Source: Octopus sinensis
Lineage: Eukaryota
NCBI RefSeq assembly: GCF_006345805.1
Contig: NC_043014.1
Span: 4,836,001-4,900,000 of the forward strand
DNA length: 64,000 nt
Direction: 5' to 3'
The notes beneath the pieces are model-generated. The model did no database searches, had not been told where the DNA came from, and worked only from the letters and a program-made list of their open reading frames with translations. A program made the translations under genes and the position numbers. Positions 12,944-26,985 of this stretch are shown here, piece by piece. How positions within the stretch are numbered: position 1 is the stretch's first letter; each line of letters begins with the position of its first letter.

Positions 12944-14329
12944 ATATATACTTAAATTTAATCCAAACAAGAAAGCACAAAGAACACAGCCACGTGAGGA
13001 CGTGGAACAAATATAGTATCATCGGACGCTCAGGAAAGAAGGAAAGAAGGAGCGATCAACGTTACGAGCGGAGCTCTTCGTCGGAAACATACGACGAGGA
13101 AAGATCCAGAGGAGGGAAAACAGAGGAAAAAAATCGCCAACGGTCCACACGCGGTCACATTTTGAATGACCGGAAGGAAATGGGTGAAGAAAAGTTCTTT
13201 CAAAGACAGGAGAGTGGTAGAGGAGGAGGAATATGTGTGTAAGTGTGGATATGTGCGTTTGCGGAGGTCTGCGTGTGCGTGTGTGTAAATGTGTGTATGA
13301 GTGCAATGATGACACGTGTGTGTGTGTGTGTGTGTATGTGTGTGTGGTTGTGGCTGTTATTCTTTGCGTGTTGTAGGGCTAGTAGTGATAAGGTCAACGA
13401 AGGAATTGGGCGTGGCTCCTTTTGTCTCTACCACAGGTCAAGTAGTAGGTACTGCTAGTTTGAGGTATGTGTGTGTGTGCGTGTATGTATATGTATCGTG
13501 TGTGTGTGTGTTTTGTAGTGTTTCTGTGTATGTATGTGTGTTTGTGTGTGTTTGCGTCGAGTTTGGGTGTGTGCATTCGTGTGCTTGTGTGCGTGCGTAT
13601 GTGTGCGCATGTTTTTGCGTGTGTGTGTGTGTCTGTGTCTATATGTGTATACGTATGTGTATGTGCGTGTGCGCGTGTAGGCATATATTGCGTGTATGTA
13701 TATGTATCGGTTGTATGTGAATTTGTGCATGCGTGTGTATGTGGGGTTTTTTGGAGTTGTGTGGGTGTAATGTGCGTGTGTCTGCTTGTGTGCGTGTGTA
13801 CGCTTAAGTACGTGTATGTGCGTGTGTGTCTGTGCCCATGTGTGTATAAGTGTGTGCGTATCTGTATGAGTATTGCTCGTTAAAGGTATACGTGGACATC
13901 TGTGCTGGTATGTGTGTATGTACGTGTGGATGCGTGTGTGTGTGCGTGTATTGTGTGCGTATGATATGGCGGTGCCCCAGCATGGCCACAGCTCATTAGC
14001 TGAAACTGGAAAAATCAAATCAAAAATCAAAATCATATCTCTGTGATGACCGTAACAGACCAGGCTATCAATTGTTGCTACACATCGCTGGTCACAATGC
14101 GCTTCGCATTGTTTTAACCTTCAAATGACGCCACCCCGCTGGTTAAGCGAGCAGGCCAACAGAAGAAAGGGAGAAAGTTGTAGCGAAAGAGTACAGCAGA
14201 GATCACAACAACCCACTTCCTGAGACACGTGGAGCTTTGAACACACACATGCCCAATCTGGGAATCGAAACCGAGATCCTACAACCGTGAGTCCGCTGCC
14301 CTAAACACTGGGCCACTACGCCTCCATAC

Positions 14330-14384
<55 letters not shown>

Positions 14385-15118
14385 CATATCAATGTATAGG
14401 TATACACGTATACTCAAGCATACACGCCATAAATCTCACAAATATACGTATCTACTTATACTCATACACACACACAAACGCACACATATATGTGAGTGGA
14501 CATACACTGTATAGTGTGGTTCTTCGTGTACAATTGAGCACGTGTGTCTATGTGCGTGCGTATGTGTGTGTGTTTGTGTTTATTTGAGCGTGTGTTTGTC
14601 CGTGTGTCTGTGTGTATGTATTTACATTCGTTCTTACCTATTGTCATATATAAAAACCAACGTGAATTACAGTCAAACATTACGAAATTCACCGATCTAC
14701 ATTGGCACTCGCAGGTTTTATTTTCAGTTGGAAAGAAAAGATTAAAAAAAACTCGCCTCACTTCCGTTCCTGATGGAGAGAAATAGATAAATGTGTGTAA
14801 ATATGTACGTATTCCTATGTGTGCGTGTGTGTGTGTTTGTATGTGTCTGTTTCTGTGCGTGTGTGTAAGTGTACATCTAGATATAATACTTAACACTAAT
14901 ATTAAAAGGGCTAAACGTTGCAGCGACAGGGCATGGCCATGCTAGAACCCCACCATTAGATATTTTTCATTACGCACTTATTTCCCTCTCCAGGATTATG
15001 TCTGGTGAAAGAGCGAACGGACAGGAGTACAATTCCACCCTCTTTGTGTTTAATTGGGATGTGTGTATATGTATGTATAAATGGATATAGTTATATATAT
15101 ATATATGTATCCATATAC

Positions 15119-15167
<49 letters not shown>

Positions 15168-15186
15168 TAGATAGATAGATAGATAG

Positions 15187-15223
<37 letters not shown>

Positions 15224-15591
15224 TGATAGATAGATATGTATGTACATACATACGTAACAATATATGTGTGTATGTATATATGATATGTATATATATGTAT
15301 ATATAGATGTAAGTGTGTGTGTGTGTATAGCACACATAGTGTGTATGTATCTATGTTTTATGTATGTGTCTGTTATTGTCGCACCACTATCGATTCTCAA
15401 CTGATGTCGGTGTGTTTACGTCCCCGTTACATAGTGGTTCGGCTAGAGATACCGATAGAATGAGCACTAGGCTTACAAAGAATAATTCCTGAAGTCGATT
15501 TGTCCTACTAAACGCAGTGCTCTAGCATGGCCGCAGTCAAATGACTGAAACGAGTAAAAGAATATATTTATATACAAACACACACACACAC

Positions 15592-15634
<43 letters not shown>

Positions 15635-16067
15635 TATATATATATAGATAAATAGAGAGAGAGATATATAGACAGAGAGATACAGTGATAGATACACACA
15701 CGCATATATTTGTTTGTATATATATATCTATATATGTTCACGCACTATATATATTCATATATATGTATATTTATATATACATATTTATGTATATTATATA
15801 TACAAATATACGTATATGAATATATATGTATGTTTAGGTGTGTGCGCCTGTGTGTTCGTGTGTGATTACGTGTGTGATCTTATGTGTGTGTGTGTGCTCC
15901 ATAGGAACATATGTACGTGATTCATGCATACATCCTTACATCCATCCATCCATCGGTACATACATACATCCACATATTAATACATACATATGTAAATGCA
16001 TACATACATACATGCATATATAAATTCATAAAGACATACATATATTAAGAAAAAATCTGTGACTTAC

Positions 16068-16211
16068 CGTTTTCGATTTCTCTTCCATTTTTCCTATTCG
16101 TGAATCTTGATGAAGAATCACGATCGTCAGAACGAGAAGAACCCCAAAAGCTATGAGAGAAGAAATGGAATAACGCTGCGAAATATTCCTGGACAGTTGT
16201 GCGAAATCCAT
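16068..16211 (-). CDS. Gene B exon 1 (TM exon)
   Basis: MDFAQLSRN...SKT, donor gtaagt; 144 nt. Confidence 0.8.
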
Positions 16212-16942
16212 TCTGGTGACAGTTGTCGGTCGTAAGTGATACTTCGTGTGGCTTCAACAAAAGATCGAGATGCGAGGTTTAAGCTGAAGACCTGTAACTG
16301 AATTCCACGTATTTATTGAGCGCACAACAACCCAGCTCTGGCATAGATCTTATCGTAAATTTATGAACCAATGCGATTGGTGGAAATGTAAAAGCGGGTG
16401 TGAACTTGTCTGACAGGTTTAATTATTGGAAAGAGATGGTTTGATATTGTCACACAATAATTAGCAAAATATTTTGATGAATGAGAGACACGTGTAATGT
16501 GAAATGATTCCTGTTTCTGGATATATTATGAGATATTTATTTACTAATGTTGTTATTTAATTTTATTTGTTATTCTTGGGAAACTGTTTTAATATTCAGT
16601 GTGGGAAGTATTTCGTTCAACCAACAAATACACAGACACAAAGACACACACACACACACTGACACACAGACACACACACACGCACACACAATAATACACA
16701 CACACACACTGACATACACAGACACCAACACACACACCCACAGACACCAACACACACTGACACACACACACACAGATACAATTTCTTACACACACACACA
16801 CACACACTCAGGCACACACACACACACACTGACACACACACACACACGCTGACACACACACGCACACACACTAGCACACACACTGACACACACGCACACA
16901 CACTCCCACACGCACACATACACTCACACACACGCACACACA

Positions 16943-17007
<65 letters not shown>

Positions 17008-18479
17008 ACTGTTTTAATATTCAGTGTGGGAAGTATTTCGTTCAACCCACACAGTAATCGCAAGACTTAATCTAATGAAGTCCGCTGTTCGGATTGGATT
17101 CTTCACAACAAGCGTTAATCTGATTAGAAATGTTTTATGTAAATATCAAAATCAAAATCTACCAATTCCCACCCACACATACATTCATACATACATGCAT
17201 ACATACATATATACATACACACATACATACATACATATATACATACATACGTACCCCCATACATACATATATACTTACATACACACACATATATATATAC
17301 ATACATACACACATACATACACACATACATACATACAAACATACATACATACACACACATACATACATACATACATACATACTTTCATACATACATACAT
17401 GTATGCATATATTTATACATACAAGTATGTATGTATACATGTATACATGCATGTATGTTTGAATGTAAGCATGTATATATCGATAGACACATATACACAT
17501 ACATACATATATACATACATACATACATACATCCATACATACATACATGCATACATACTTACATCCATCCATCCATACATACATACTTGGTGGCTGGCCC
17601 CTCGTTATCGAGTATGGGCGAAGTATTGCACGAAGCTTAATCAATGTAATTATCTTGCAATGCCTGTACATGAAGATTTTTTTTTATAGTGAGAAAAGGC
17701 TGTGCACTGTGTTAATCCCAGTCACTAAGCAACAGCAGCCATATTCCGAAAAGAAGAACAAGTCAACATCATCGGTAACCACTGAGCCGCAGGTTTTATA
17801 TCGGAGTTATCCCAGTTACCTGAGTTAACTTCTCCAAAAGGATGCCCCAACAAAGTCTAGGAGTCCTTCACTCCCAACGGTTTAACCGCGCGATCGGGTA
17901 TTCAGTCCGATTATTTCTATGTCCCCGCGCATGATACAGCCTTAAGACAGTTATTGGATGGCCGTTGACTCTCAAGAGTTCCTCCGCTCTGTGACAGGTT
18001 TTGTTTTTCATCCCGCAGGGTGTCCAATAAACACCCTCCTCACCAAGCAAGCTTGGTGGGGTTGCCGGTTTAGTCACCGACGACCCGACAATGCAACAGG
18101 TTGGACTGGGTTACATGTTTACCAGTAGCACTCGAAAGTGACCTGACATACATACATGCATACATACATACATACATACATACATGCATACATACATACA
18201 TGCATACATTCATGCATGCATACATATATACATACATACATGCATGCATACATACATGCATCCATGCATGCATACATACATACATACATACATACATACA
18301 TACATGCATACATACATACATACTTACATACATACATACATACATACATGCATACATACATACATACATTCATACATACATGCATACATACATACATACA
18401 TACATACACACATACATGCATACATGCATACATTCATACATACATACATGCATACATGCATACCTACATACATACATAT

Positions 18480-18510
<31 letters not shown>

Positions 18511-18563
18511 CATACATGCATACATACATACATGCATACATGCATACCTACATACATACATAT

Positions 18564-18594
<31 letters not shown>

Positions 18595-18949
18595 CATACA
18601 TACATACATGCATACAAAAATATCCTGTTCATGTTGAAATTCCAATGAAAGATACTTGGAACTAAGTTAGAAGCCGTCTCTCTTTCTGTTGGCCAGAAAT
18701 ATTCTATTAAAACCGAATAATGACATTCATACATATTTTTAGCTAATCATTATCACTAGCTTTGAATATGTTTCTTCTTGTTTTATAAATCATAGCAAAA
18801 CATACAGGTACAGTGTCTCCCATTTTAAACTCAATTCGCAAGTGCACCTTCCGTATGGACTGCATATGTACGACGGAATTCCATAGTTATGATTAAATAT
18901 TCTTAGATGAAGCATATTAGACCCCTCAGATATAGTTTGACCAAATTTA

Positions 18950-19039
<90 letters not shown>

Positions 19040-19459
19040 CACTCTCGGTTTGGCCCTCGAAATAAGGTGAATTTGAAATAAGCTACAAAATAAATCTTAC
19101 AGCCATGTCAGATTTCAACAAAGTCCCATAATTTTTCCTATTGTAATGGCTCTGTACAGCTTAAACACCTGGCGGTCGTTTTTACTGTCTAATTATGCCG
19201 CTGAATCAAAAGATGAATTTGAAGATCTACCAGCGTCCGTATTCTCTGCAATTGTTTACGATTTACAACCATGAAAATATTTGTAATCTAGAGAAGCGAA
19301 TGCAGATTTACCCTTTAGACTAATAATAGTAGGATAGTAAACATTAATAATCTTTAATCTTTATTGCAGCTTGATGCTGTTAACCGAACCCTTCGTTTAT
19401 CTGACAAATATTCGACACACTCCAACATACTGTCATGAATCCTATTGGATATAACGTGA

Positions 19460-20120
19460 CGTTCACAACATCTCAGCCTTCTTACACACAGCATCCGTGC
19501 TTGCCCTGACTATATTTGCTCTCTTTACTCTCACTTTAATGGGTGTTGTATTCGTTTCGCATGAAATGTATTCAGCTTCTAGGATCCATCCTTTCTTCGG
19601 TTCTGTTATGTTTACGTAGATGAGTGAAAGAAATCGTCGTATTTGATGTTCTCTGCTGTCGAAATGAGGCAATTTTTCTGGTTGATTTCATTTCTTATTC
19701 TTGTATATCAGCGTTTAGTGTATGACGTGTATGCTGTGGGCATCGAGTTTCGTTTTGTATCTTATTTTGAAGAGAGGTGGGAATTTTGTGATATAGATTT
19801 AGGTTGGCAGGACCAATACTCATTTATACTGTCTTTAGAAGGATTGATCGTGTAAATTCCACACTCTCAGAAAGCCTAAATTGAACTTTTTGTGATATTT
19901 CTAAAGTAGACGATAAATAGGTTTTATAAGATATGGCGTTGGAATGGAACGGAAAGCTTTCCTGATTAATAACGGCAAATAGAATGGATTGTGTGGAAGT
20001 ATCTGGTTGTTGTTGAAAGAATCAGTTCAGTTCTGTGTTAAGTAATGTAGCGGTTCATGGCTCCTTGTCAGAATCCGAGGTGTAATTTGAAAACCAAGAT
20101 GTCTGAGATAGTAGCGTCGA
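19460..20120 (-). mobile_element. Old PLE-like relic in beta spacer (paralog ~39400-40090)
   Basis: Degraded peptide PHFDSREHQ...LEAEYI...TP resembling PLE endonuclease C-terminus; weak similarity by eye. Confidence 0.35.
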
Positions 20121-20511
20121 GTATTAGATTTTCTAAGGCTGTGCACGAAAAGCTGATATAATTCTATGGTGGTACTTTATTTGGGATTTGTTGAATCATG
20201 AGACAGAAGACAAAATACTGTTAAACAAAATAATATTTTATTTCAGCGATAAGTTTGATAAACTGAAATCTTACAAAATGTTTTCTAGAATCATTTCGAC
20301 AGATTTAGAATTTTCTTGTTTTTGAGGATATTTCTGGCATTCTACATCGCCTCTTTTGTATTGTTTGAATATCTTCTGTAAACTAGTACAACAGTTTATT
20401 GTAACGATAGACATACTTTAAAGAAAATATTAGGTAACGAAATTGAAAATTTTATGTTATTTATTGTAATTCACAGAGATATTTTCATATGGAACCGAAT
20501 TTAATTTCTAT

Positions 20512-21008
20512 TTAATATTTACTGCACACAACGCAGGTTAATTCTTGGCCATTGACATACGGTGGACATGGCAATGAACCACACCTAGCCTGAACGAAAT
20601 ATAATAGAGCTCCATTATCGTCTCTGTAACCAGCTGGATCAGCTTCTGGTGCATAGTCCACACACACATAATCATGTCTGCCTTTATGATTATATTGTTC
20701 GGACATCAAATATCCTGAATACTCTGCTGTCCAACCAGCGTAACACTTTGTCCTGGCTGGTAACATCATAACAACAGCAGGTTGTCGTGTCAAACAGACA
20801 GCGCACGGAACGTTGTGATCTTGAAGTGATTTAGCGTTAGCAAAAGAAAAGAGTTTATTTGAGTAGTGGCCTAATTGATATTCACTGCCATAAATGTAAC
20901 CACCTATTTCAACTTCTGTAGTATAATTTGCCCAAATGGGATCATTAGGCAGACATAAGAGATTACTTCCGCCACCTGTGTGGTCATAAAATTGTCCACC
21001 AGCCACAC
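20512..21008 (-). CDS. Gene C exon 4: C4-like domain
   Basis: Acceptor ttcttaccaattctag|GT; intact ORF to TAA; AATAAA at 20460-20465. Confidence 0.9.
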
Positions 21009-21248
21009 CTAGAATTGGTAAGAATATATCAAATAAAAAAGATATTAAGCAATATTATATATGAAATAACGGAAACATTCATTACAATTTTTCACTTAAA
21101 AGAAATCATGTTTAGTCGCGTGTGAACGAATTGTGGTGTATATATATTAGTGTTTATATGAGTGTAAGCTGTGTGATGCTGTATTCATGAGAACGTAGCT
21201 TTGCATTTGCATTCTCTTTATATATATATATATATATATATATCAAAG

Positions 21249-22171
21249 TAAGTAACAAGGATATCGAGAGATAATGCTGTACGATTGTTTCATGCAACTC
21301 CATTTAATTAAAAAATACAATCATTACATCAATTTAAAATATAGAGCAATCTTCAGCTGCACAAAACATAGGATTTAATTAAATTAAAACAGATTGACAA
21401 ATTAGTATAATTATACCCAAAATCTCCAAGAAGTTAAGGAGATACACAAAGAACATATTGTCTCTACTTCAGCATAGAAGTTAATAAAATTATCAAGAAA
21501 TTTATGAATACTTATGAATAGAAAAAATATTCAACAATTTCTATCCTTTTGTTATAATATTCTTCTAAATAATCCTTTGGAAAACCCTAAACTTCAACTG
21601 TATTCATAGCAACATTGTTTAAAATATTTAACTATAATATATGATAAGACCTTCCGTTTCATTGTCAATAGTCTGCCAGTGTGCGACCCCCTTAATTATC
21701 AGCTAACATCTTGTTTTATGTTTTCCCTTACTAAACCTCATGGCATTGCTTATAATAATTCTTGATTATTTTATAATTATACCAACTACAATGTCTATCT
21801 ACTGCCTGAGCCCTCCCCCTAACAGATACTGCCCTATGTTCTCTCAGCCTTAGATATACAAAGGATTTGTAAATTAGTCTATAAATTAAAACTGACACCA
21901 TAAAGTCAAAAAATCAGTGGTAAGCTGAGTCCTCTTGATAATTTTAGTAACTGCTATGCTGAAGTAGAGACAACATGTTCTCTGTAATATCTTGGAAATT
22001 TTAAGTATAATTATACAAATGTGTCCCTCTGTTGTAATTTAATTAAATCCGACGTTTTTGCAGCTGAAAATTGCTCTAAATTTTAAACTGATGTAATGAT
22101 TGCATTGTTCAATTAAATGGAGTTGCATGAAACGAAAGTACTGCATTATCTCTGGATATCATCGTTGCTTA
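21249..22171. mobile_element. Non-autonomous TIR element (MITE), ~250-bp imperfect TIRs, TA at both ends
   Basis: 21249-~21500 is the reverse complement of ~21932-22171; no ORF. Confidence 0.75.
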
Positions 22172-23355
22172 TATTAATTTTAATCACCTTAATTTGAAAT
22201 TGTATGGATAATGTCGTACTAAATTCTGGAGCCTCAACTTAAGTAACATATTCATCTGAATCAATATATATATATTATATATATATATAATATATATGTA
22301 AGTATATGTATATATATGTTGTGTGTATACGGGCAAGTAATTGGGGATATGACGTGGATTATTATGTAGGTTTGCATGGGGAAGTGTATTTTGCGTGGAT
22401 GTTAATAGAAGGAGAAAAAGAAAGGAATTCTGTAACGCATGTACTCGTGTTTACCCGAAATAGAAAAGGTGTTCACGAGTGAACGGGGATATTTTTGATG
22501 ATGGAGTGGGCGACCGATAAAATATACGTGTAGGGTTTATAAAGAGCATATTCAGAGCATTTTTAAGGAACGTAAGGTTGATTGGGGACGCAGTTTGTAG
22601 CAGCAGTTTTGAATTGGAAGTTTCGGAATTACCTTACAAAGATATACTGGATAATTAATGAGGTGATGTGGTGCATGAAAAGAGAAAGGTTTTAGCGATA
22701 GGACGATTTCGGTGAGGGGGGGAAGAATAGAAGTGCATTCTGTACTCTGTTTTGTTCTCTCACTAATATTTAGTCTCTCTCTATTTTACTTAATGAATAA
22801 AGTCCTCAGCTTTTTCCATCAGTTACAGTGTGTGGCTTGTCCAGTCCTCATTCTACATTGTGCGTTCATTCCATTAACCATTTACAGTCACTGTCATCAA
22901 TTCTAATAGACTCTTTTCAGTTTAGCCCACACCTACGATCATTGGGCACTCTAGTTAATGATAGACAAGTGGCCACTATTCAGCTGTAGTCACTCACGTA
23001 CAATACCACCATCCGTAGCCTGTACAATTGATCACGAGTTAGCATCCTTTTCACTTGGTCCGTAGTAGACAACATATAATATTCTGATTTGACCAAATAC
23101 CCGCAAAGGAGTAAGCAGTCTTGTGTAGTGTTTGTATATTCTACAGGTATAGACGTTTGAAACGTGACATATCGTAAGAGGATTTGAGAATGTTTATGTC
23201 AGACAACCCGACAAAGGGTGAGTGTGTGTGCGTGTGTTTGAGAGAGAGGGTGAGAGAGAAAGGGAGGCAACAAAAAGAGAGAATGAGAGGTATAAAAAGA
23301 GAACAAGAGAAAGACAAAAAGAGTATGAGAGGTCAGAAATATAAAGTATACTAAC

Positions 23356-23430
23356 CGTCATATACAAGTTTTGAATAAGGAGGACAAGTTGTTCTGCCCC
23401 ACCGGGTATACAATGATCCGAGACCGGGTT
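23356..23430 (-). CDS. Gene C exon 3 (PGLGSLYTRWGRTTCPPYSKLVYDG)
   Basis: Acceptor tttcattttaattgcacag, donor gttagt; 75 nt, phase 1-1; supplies the family's Y-x-RWGR-x-x-CP start; missed by the ORF track. Confidence 0.9.
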
Positions 23431-24299
23431 CTGTGCAATTAAAATGAAATAATTTAGTTTAAAAGAAAGAATTGGGGGATCATTTACAAAGTAGGTTGTT
23501 GGATGGGAAGGAATTGATGGAGAAGAGAGAAATATAGAATTAAAGAAAGAACGAGTGAATGAATGAAAGTCAGAACGAAAGATGTAAATAATAAGAATAA
23601 ATTGTAAAGAAAGAAAAAAGACATTTGTCTGTTGAGCCTGTTGTTGACGTTGATGTCAAAGATTTGAGAGATTAATCTCAGAATATCAGAATGTGTATCG
23701 GTCTCCGCTAGGAACGTATGTATGTATGATACGTAAACTTGGGTATGAGTATATATACTTCTCAATAGAATAATGATAAAACTCAATAGAATAATGATGA
23801 AATATTCGCCAGGTGCGAATATTCATCGGTCAATTACAAATATCAGTTTCGGAGCTCGGCGCAAATAAGGCCATCATAACTACAATATGAAAATAACAAC
23901 CATACCGAATCATTTGTCGATAAATGTATAGCACACACCACCCAATACCGGTGCAACCAGCAAGAAGCCTGCAAATTGATCTGGGGTGCGTGGGTTGAGA
24001 GCACAAAATTGACGGTCTCAGGACAACAAAGCAGATCAAGAAGGGAACAACCCTTAATAATTGAGAATTAAAAAGTCAAAATTGTTAGATATAATCTGCC
24101 TGTAAGATATGATCGGAGTCTCCTCTACAAAATTTCGTTTCTCCGATAGCGTACACTTGGATATAGGCTTGAAACTCCACTACGCAACTGTGGTGCCAAC
24201 AATGTCTGCACAGGTGGGATTAGGATACACTCAATTCCCAGCATTCGGATTGTATTATGGAATGAAACTTACTAGGTGTGAGGGTTCACCTCTTGAAAA

Positions 24300-25840
24300 T
24301 AAGGCTGAATATGAAGGGCCACTTTGGCTGCTGTAAGTATATGCAGCAAACAGCGAGCTCAAATACGAATCCTTTCTTAGCAAATTCACACTCAGAATTA
24401 GATATATTTTGGGTAAAGTCATTTGTCCTGCAAGGAGACTTCAGTGCACACCTTGGCACTGATAACCGTGAGAAGGATTGATTGGAAGGAATGTCGTCAG
24501 TGAACTTAATGGAGAGGTCATAGCAGCCTTCTGTGCAGGATACACACTCTCCTCTCTCTGGTATAGATATTATTTGAAGACAGGGATATTTATAAGGGTA
24601 CCTTATATAGAAATACTTGGTGACAGAGGTTTGTGATAGATTTCGGTCATCTTTCACTCTTTGCTGAACGTTTGGGTAAAAGGAAGTGGCGGAGTTGTCA
24701 ACTCGTCACTACCTAAATGTCTGAAAACCTGAAAATCCCTACAGTCTGCCGAACACTGTAAATTGGTAAGTCCAGTGCGACCTACAGAATACAGTTGGAA
24801 GCCGCTGTGGATGCTGGGATCAGATATAAAATTGTGGAGACTTTTGCATCCAAATTGAGCGTGACCATCCTGAATGAAGCTGGACATCGAAATGGATTCG
24901 TGATAGTATTATTTTATTCGGCAGGTTCTTCTTCGGTTGAACGCTTATTTGAGCTAAATTCACTTAAAAATGATAAAGCTGCTGGTGATAAGGACGTTCG
25001 GCTTGATATTTTAGAAACCTTAAATACAAATGGTATTCTCTGAGTGACCAATGTATGCTAGGTGGATGGGACCTGTGGAAAACACACCAAGGCAATGGTA
25101 ATATGGGGTGACAATCACAATTTTTTCAAACAGAGACCAAAGAGAGTGTTCTAATTATAGAAAAGTCTACACTAGATGTCAGGAAAATATATGTAGGGAA
25201 ATTGTCGCGCCCAAGATTACTGTCCGGGACGCAGTACACCCGACCAGAGAGTGATTCAAAGACAGATCTTCCAGCAAACACTGAAATATTTCCAAGGTTT
25301 ATACGCTGTAAACCACGAAAAGGCACAAGATCACGTGCCATGGGGCATGTTGCGGATGGTTTACCATGAAGGTGAGTTTAATGGGTAAATACTGGTGGCC
25401 ATAAAGTACTTATATGGATGTTCAAATGATTGTATTTATGTAAAATGTCGAAAGTTTTCAACGTGAATGTTTCACTTAGTTGAAATGTGCATTGTTAGTG
25501 CCCCATCTCACATTCTTTTTTGTGATCTGGTTGAATATGCGCAGCCATTGTGGTAGAGGATTCCTAATTCATCTCTACGTGATCGGTCGACTGTTATTTG
25601 TAGACGACATGCTGCTACGTGATTCATCTGATTGTCACCAACAACGTGCATTGAATGGATTGGCTGCCGGGTACACCAAGGCAGGGTTGACAAATACCGA
25701 CTTTGTAGGAAAGTGGAACATAATTATTTCGGGTTTCTATTCACGAATTATTGGAAGCACAAGAGTGGACAGAATGCTGAATTGTAGATATAAACGCAGT
25801 GAAGCGACAGCTCGGGCATTTGATTCTCAGATGAAGAGGG
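24300..25840 (+). mobile_element. Degraded RTE-type LINE relic, gene C copy
   Basis: VLQGDFSAHLGTD; EKAQDHVPW; LLFVDD. Confidence 0.7.
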
Positions 25841-26099
25841 CTTGGTACAATTATCGACGTAGCGCTGCATATATACTCATATACACACAATAAATGGCAT
25901 AGTATATTAGAGTAACATTTTATTTAGGAAACTATTGTAATGTATTATATATTTTAAAATGAATTCAGGCTAGTGCCTCAGTATATATTATTGTGGACAT
26001 ATGGATAGTAATGTGGAACTAATTCAAAGTTGCTAAAATTATAAATCATTAGTTAAGGAGACACGGTTAAAAGACTTTAGCTATAAAATTAGTTCTTAC

Positions 26100-26151
26100 T
26101 TGGTGTGTCATCAGGTTTATCGTCGAGAGATTTCTTGGATATGAAACGGTT
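26100..26151 (-). CDS. Gene C exon 2
   Basis: cacag/gtaaga splice sites, 52 nt, NRFISKKSLDDKPDDTP. Confidence 0.8.
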
Positions 26152-26254
26152 CTGTGAAAAAATAGAAATAGCATCATATAAATAGAACTTCAGGGTATTT
26201 ATTATCGTTTAGAACTTAAAACAATGCAATAGATGACAACATATTCGGACACGT

Positions 26255-26625
26255 ATTATTGCCGGCAATGCCATCCCAACCCCTTAGGAATATTCTAGAA
26301 GGCGCTTCAATCCAGCCAAAGGATTTTCTGAACAATATCAGACAATACAACTTTGCATTTCAAATGACATCGTTTGGTGAATCTAAGAAGATAGATAAAT
26401 ATGAATTTACGCCGACGTCAAAGTTCAAGGGCAAGTATATCCTCTCATTGGTTCTCTGGTACCCGCGAATGAACAACCACAGTTCATCCAAATTTACTCT
26501 ATGAGTGATGTAGGACAACAAACCAGACGTGAGGTGTCAAAATTTCCGATGATGGGTCGTGTTAGACACAGCGGACACTGCTGCAAAGGAGAGTATATCC
26601 ACTGACAGCTTTTCGGTGCGTTCAA
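26255..26625 (+). mobile_element. Helitron RepHel fragment, gene C
   Basis: FLNNIRQYNFAFQMTSFG. Confidence 0.75.
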
Positions 26626-26888
26626 AAATCACACAAACCCCACCTCTAATTTTGCATGACAGGTTAGGGCCTGAGACACTCCAAAAGGACGCATAGCATG
26701 TTGCTTAGTCGAATTAGCCCAGCATTTACTCCACAAATGTTTTATTGTCAATGTTGCACTTTCCCATATCACCTGTTACAAAATGACTGGAATATATTAT
26801 ATACCAACTTTGCCATTTTAATCCACAGCATGCCGGGTATTTCTGCTAGTACACACACACACACATATATACACACATATATTTCTGC

Positions 26889-26985
<97 letters not shown>

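Noticed and set aside
13380-13455. Peptide YYLTCGRDKRSHAQF (furin-like site) conserved in several units
   Set aside because: No usable splice sites on the gene strand; conservation is explained by recent duplication of the whole intron.
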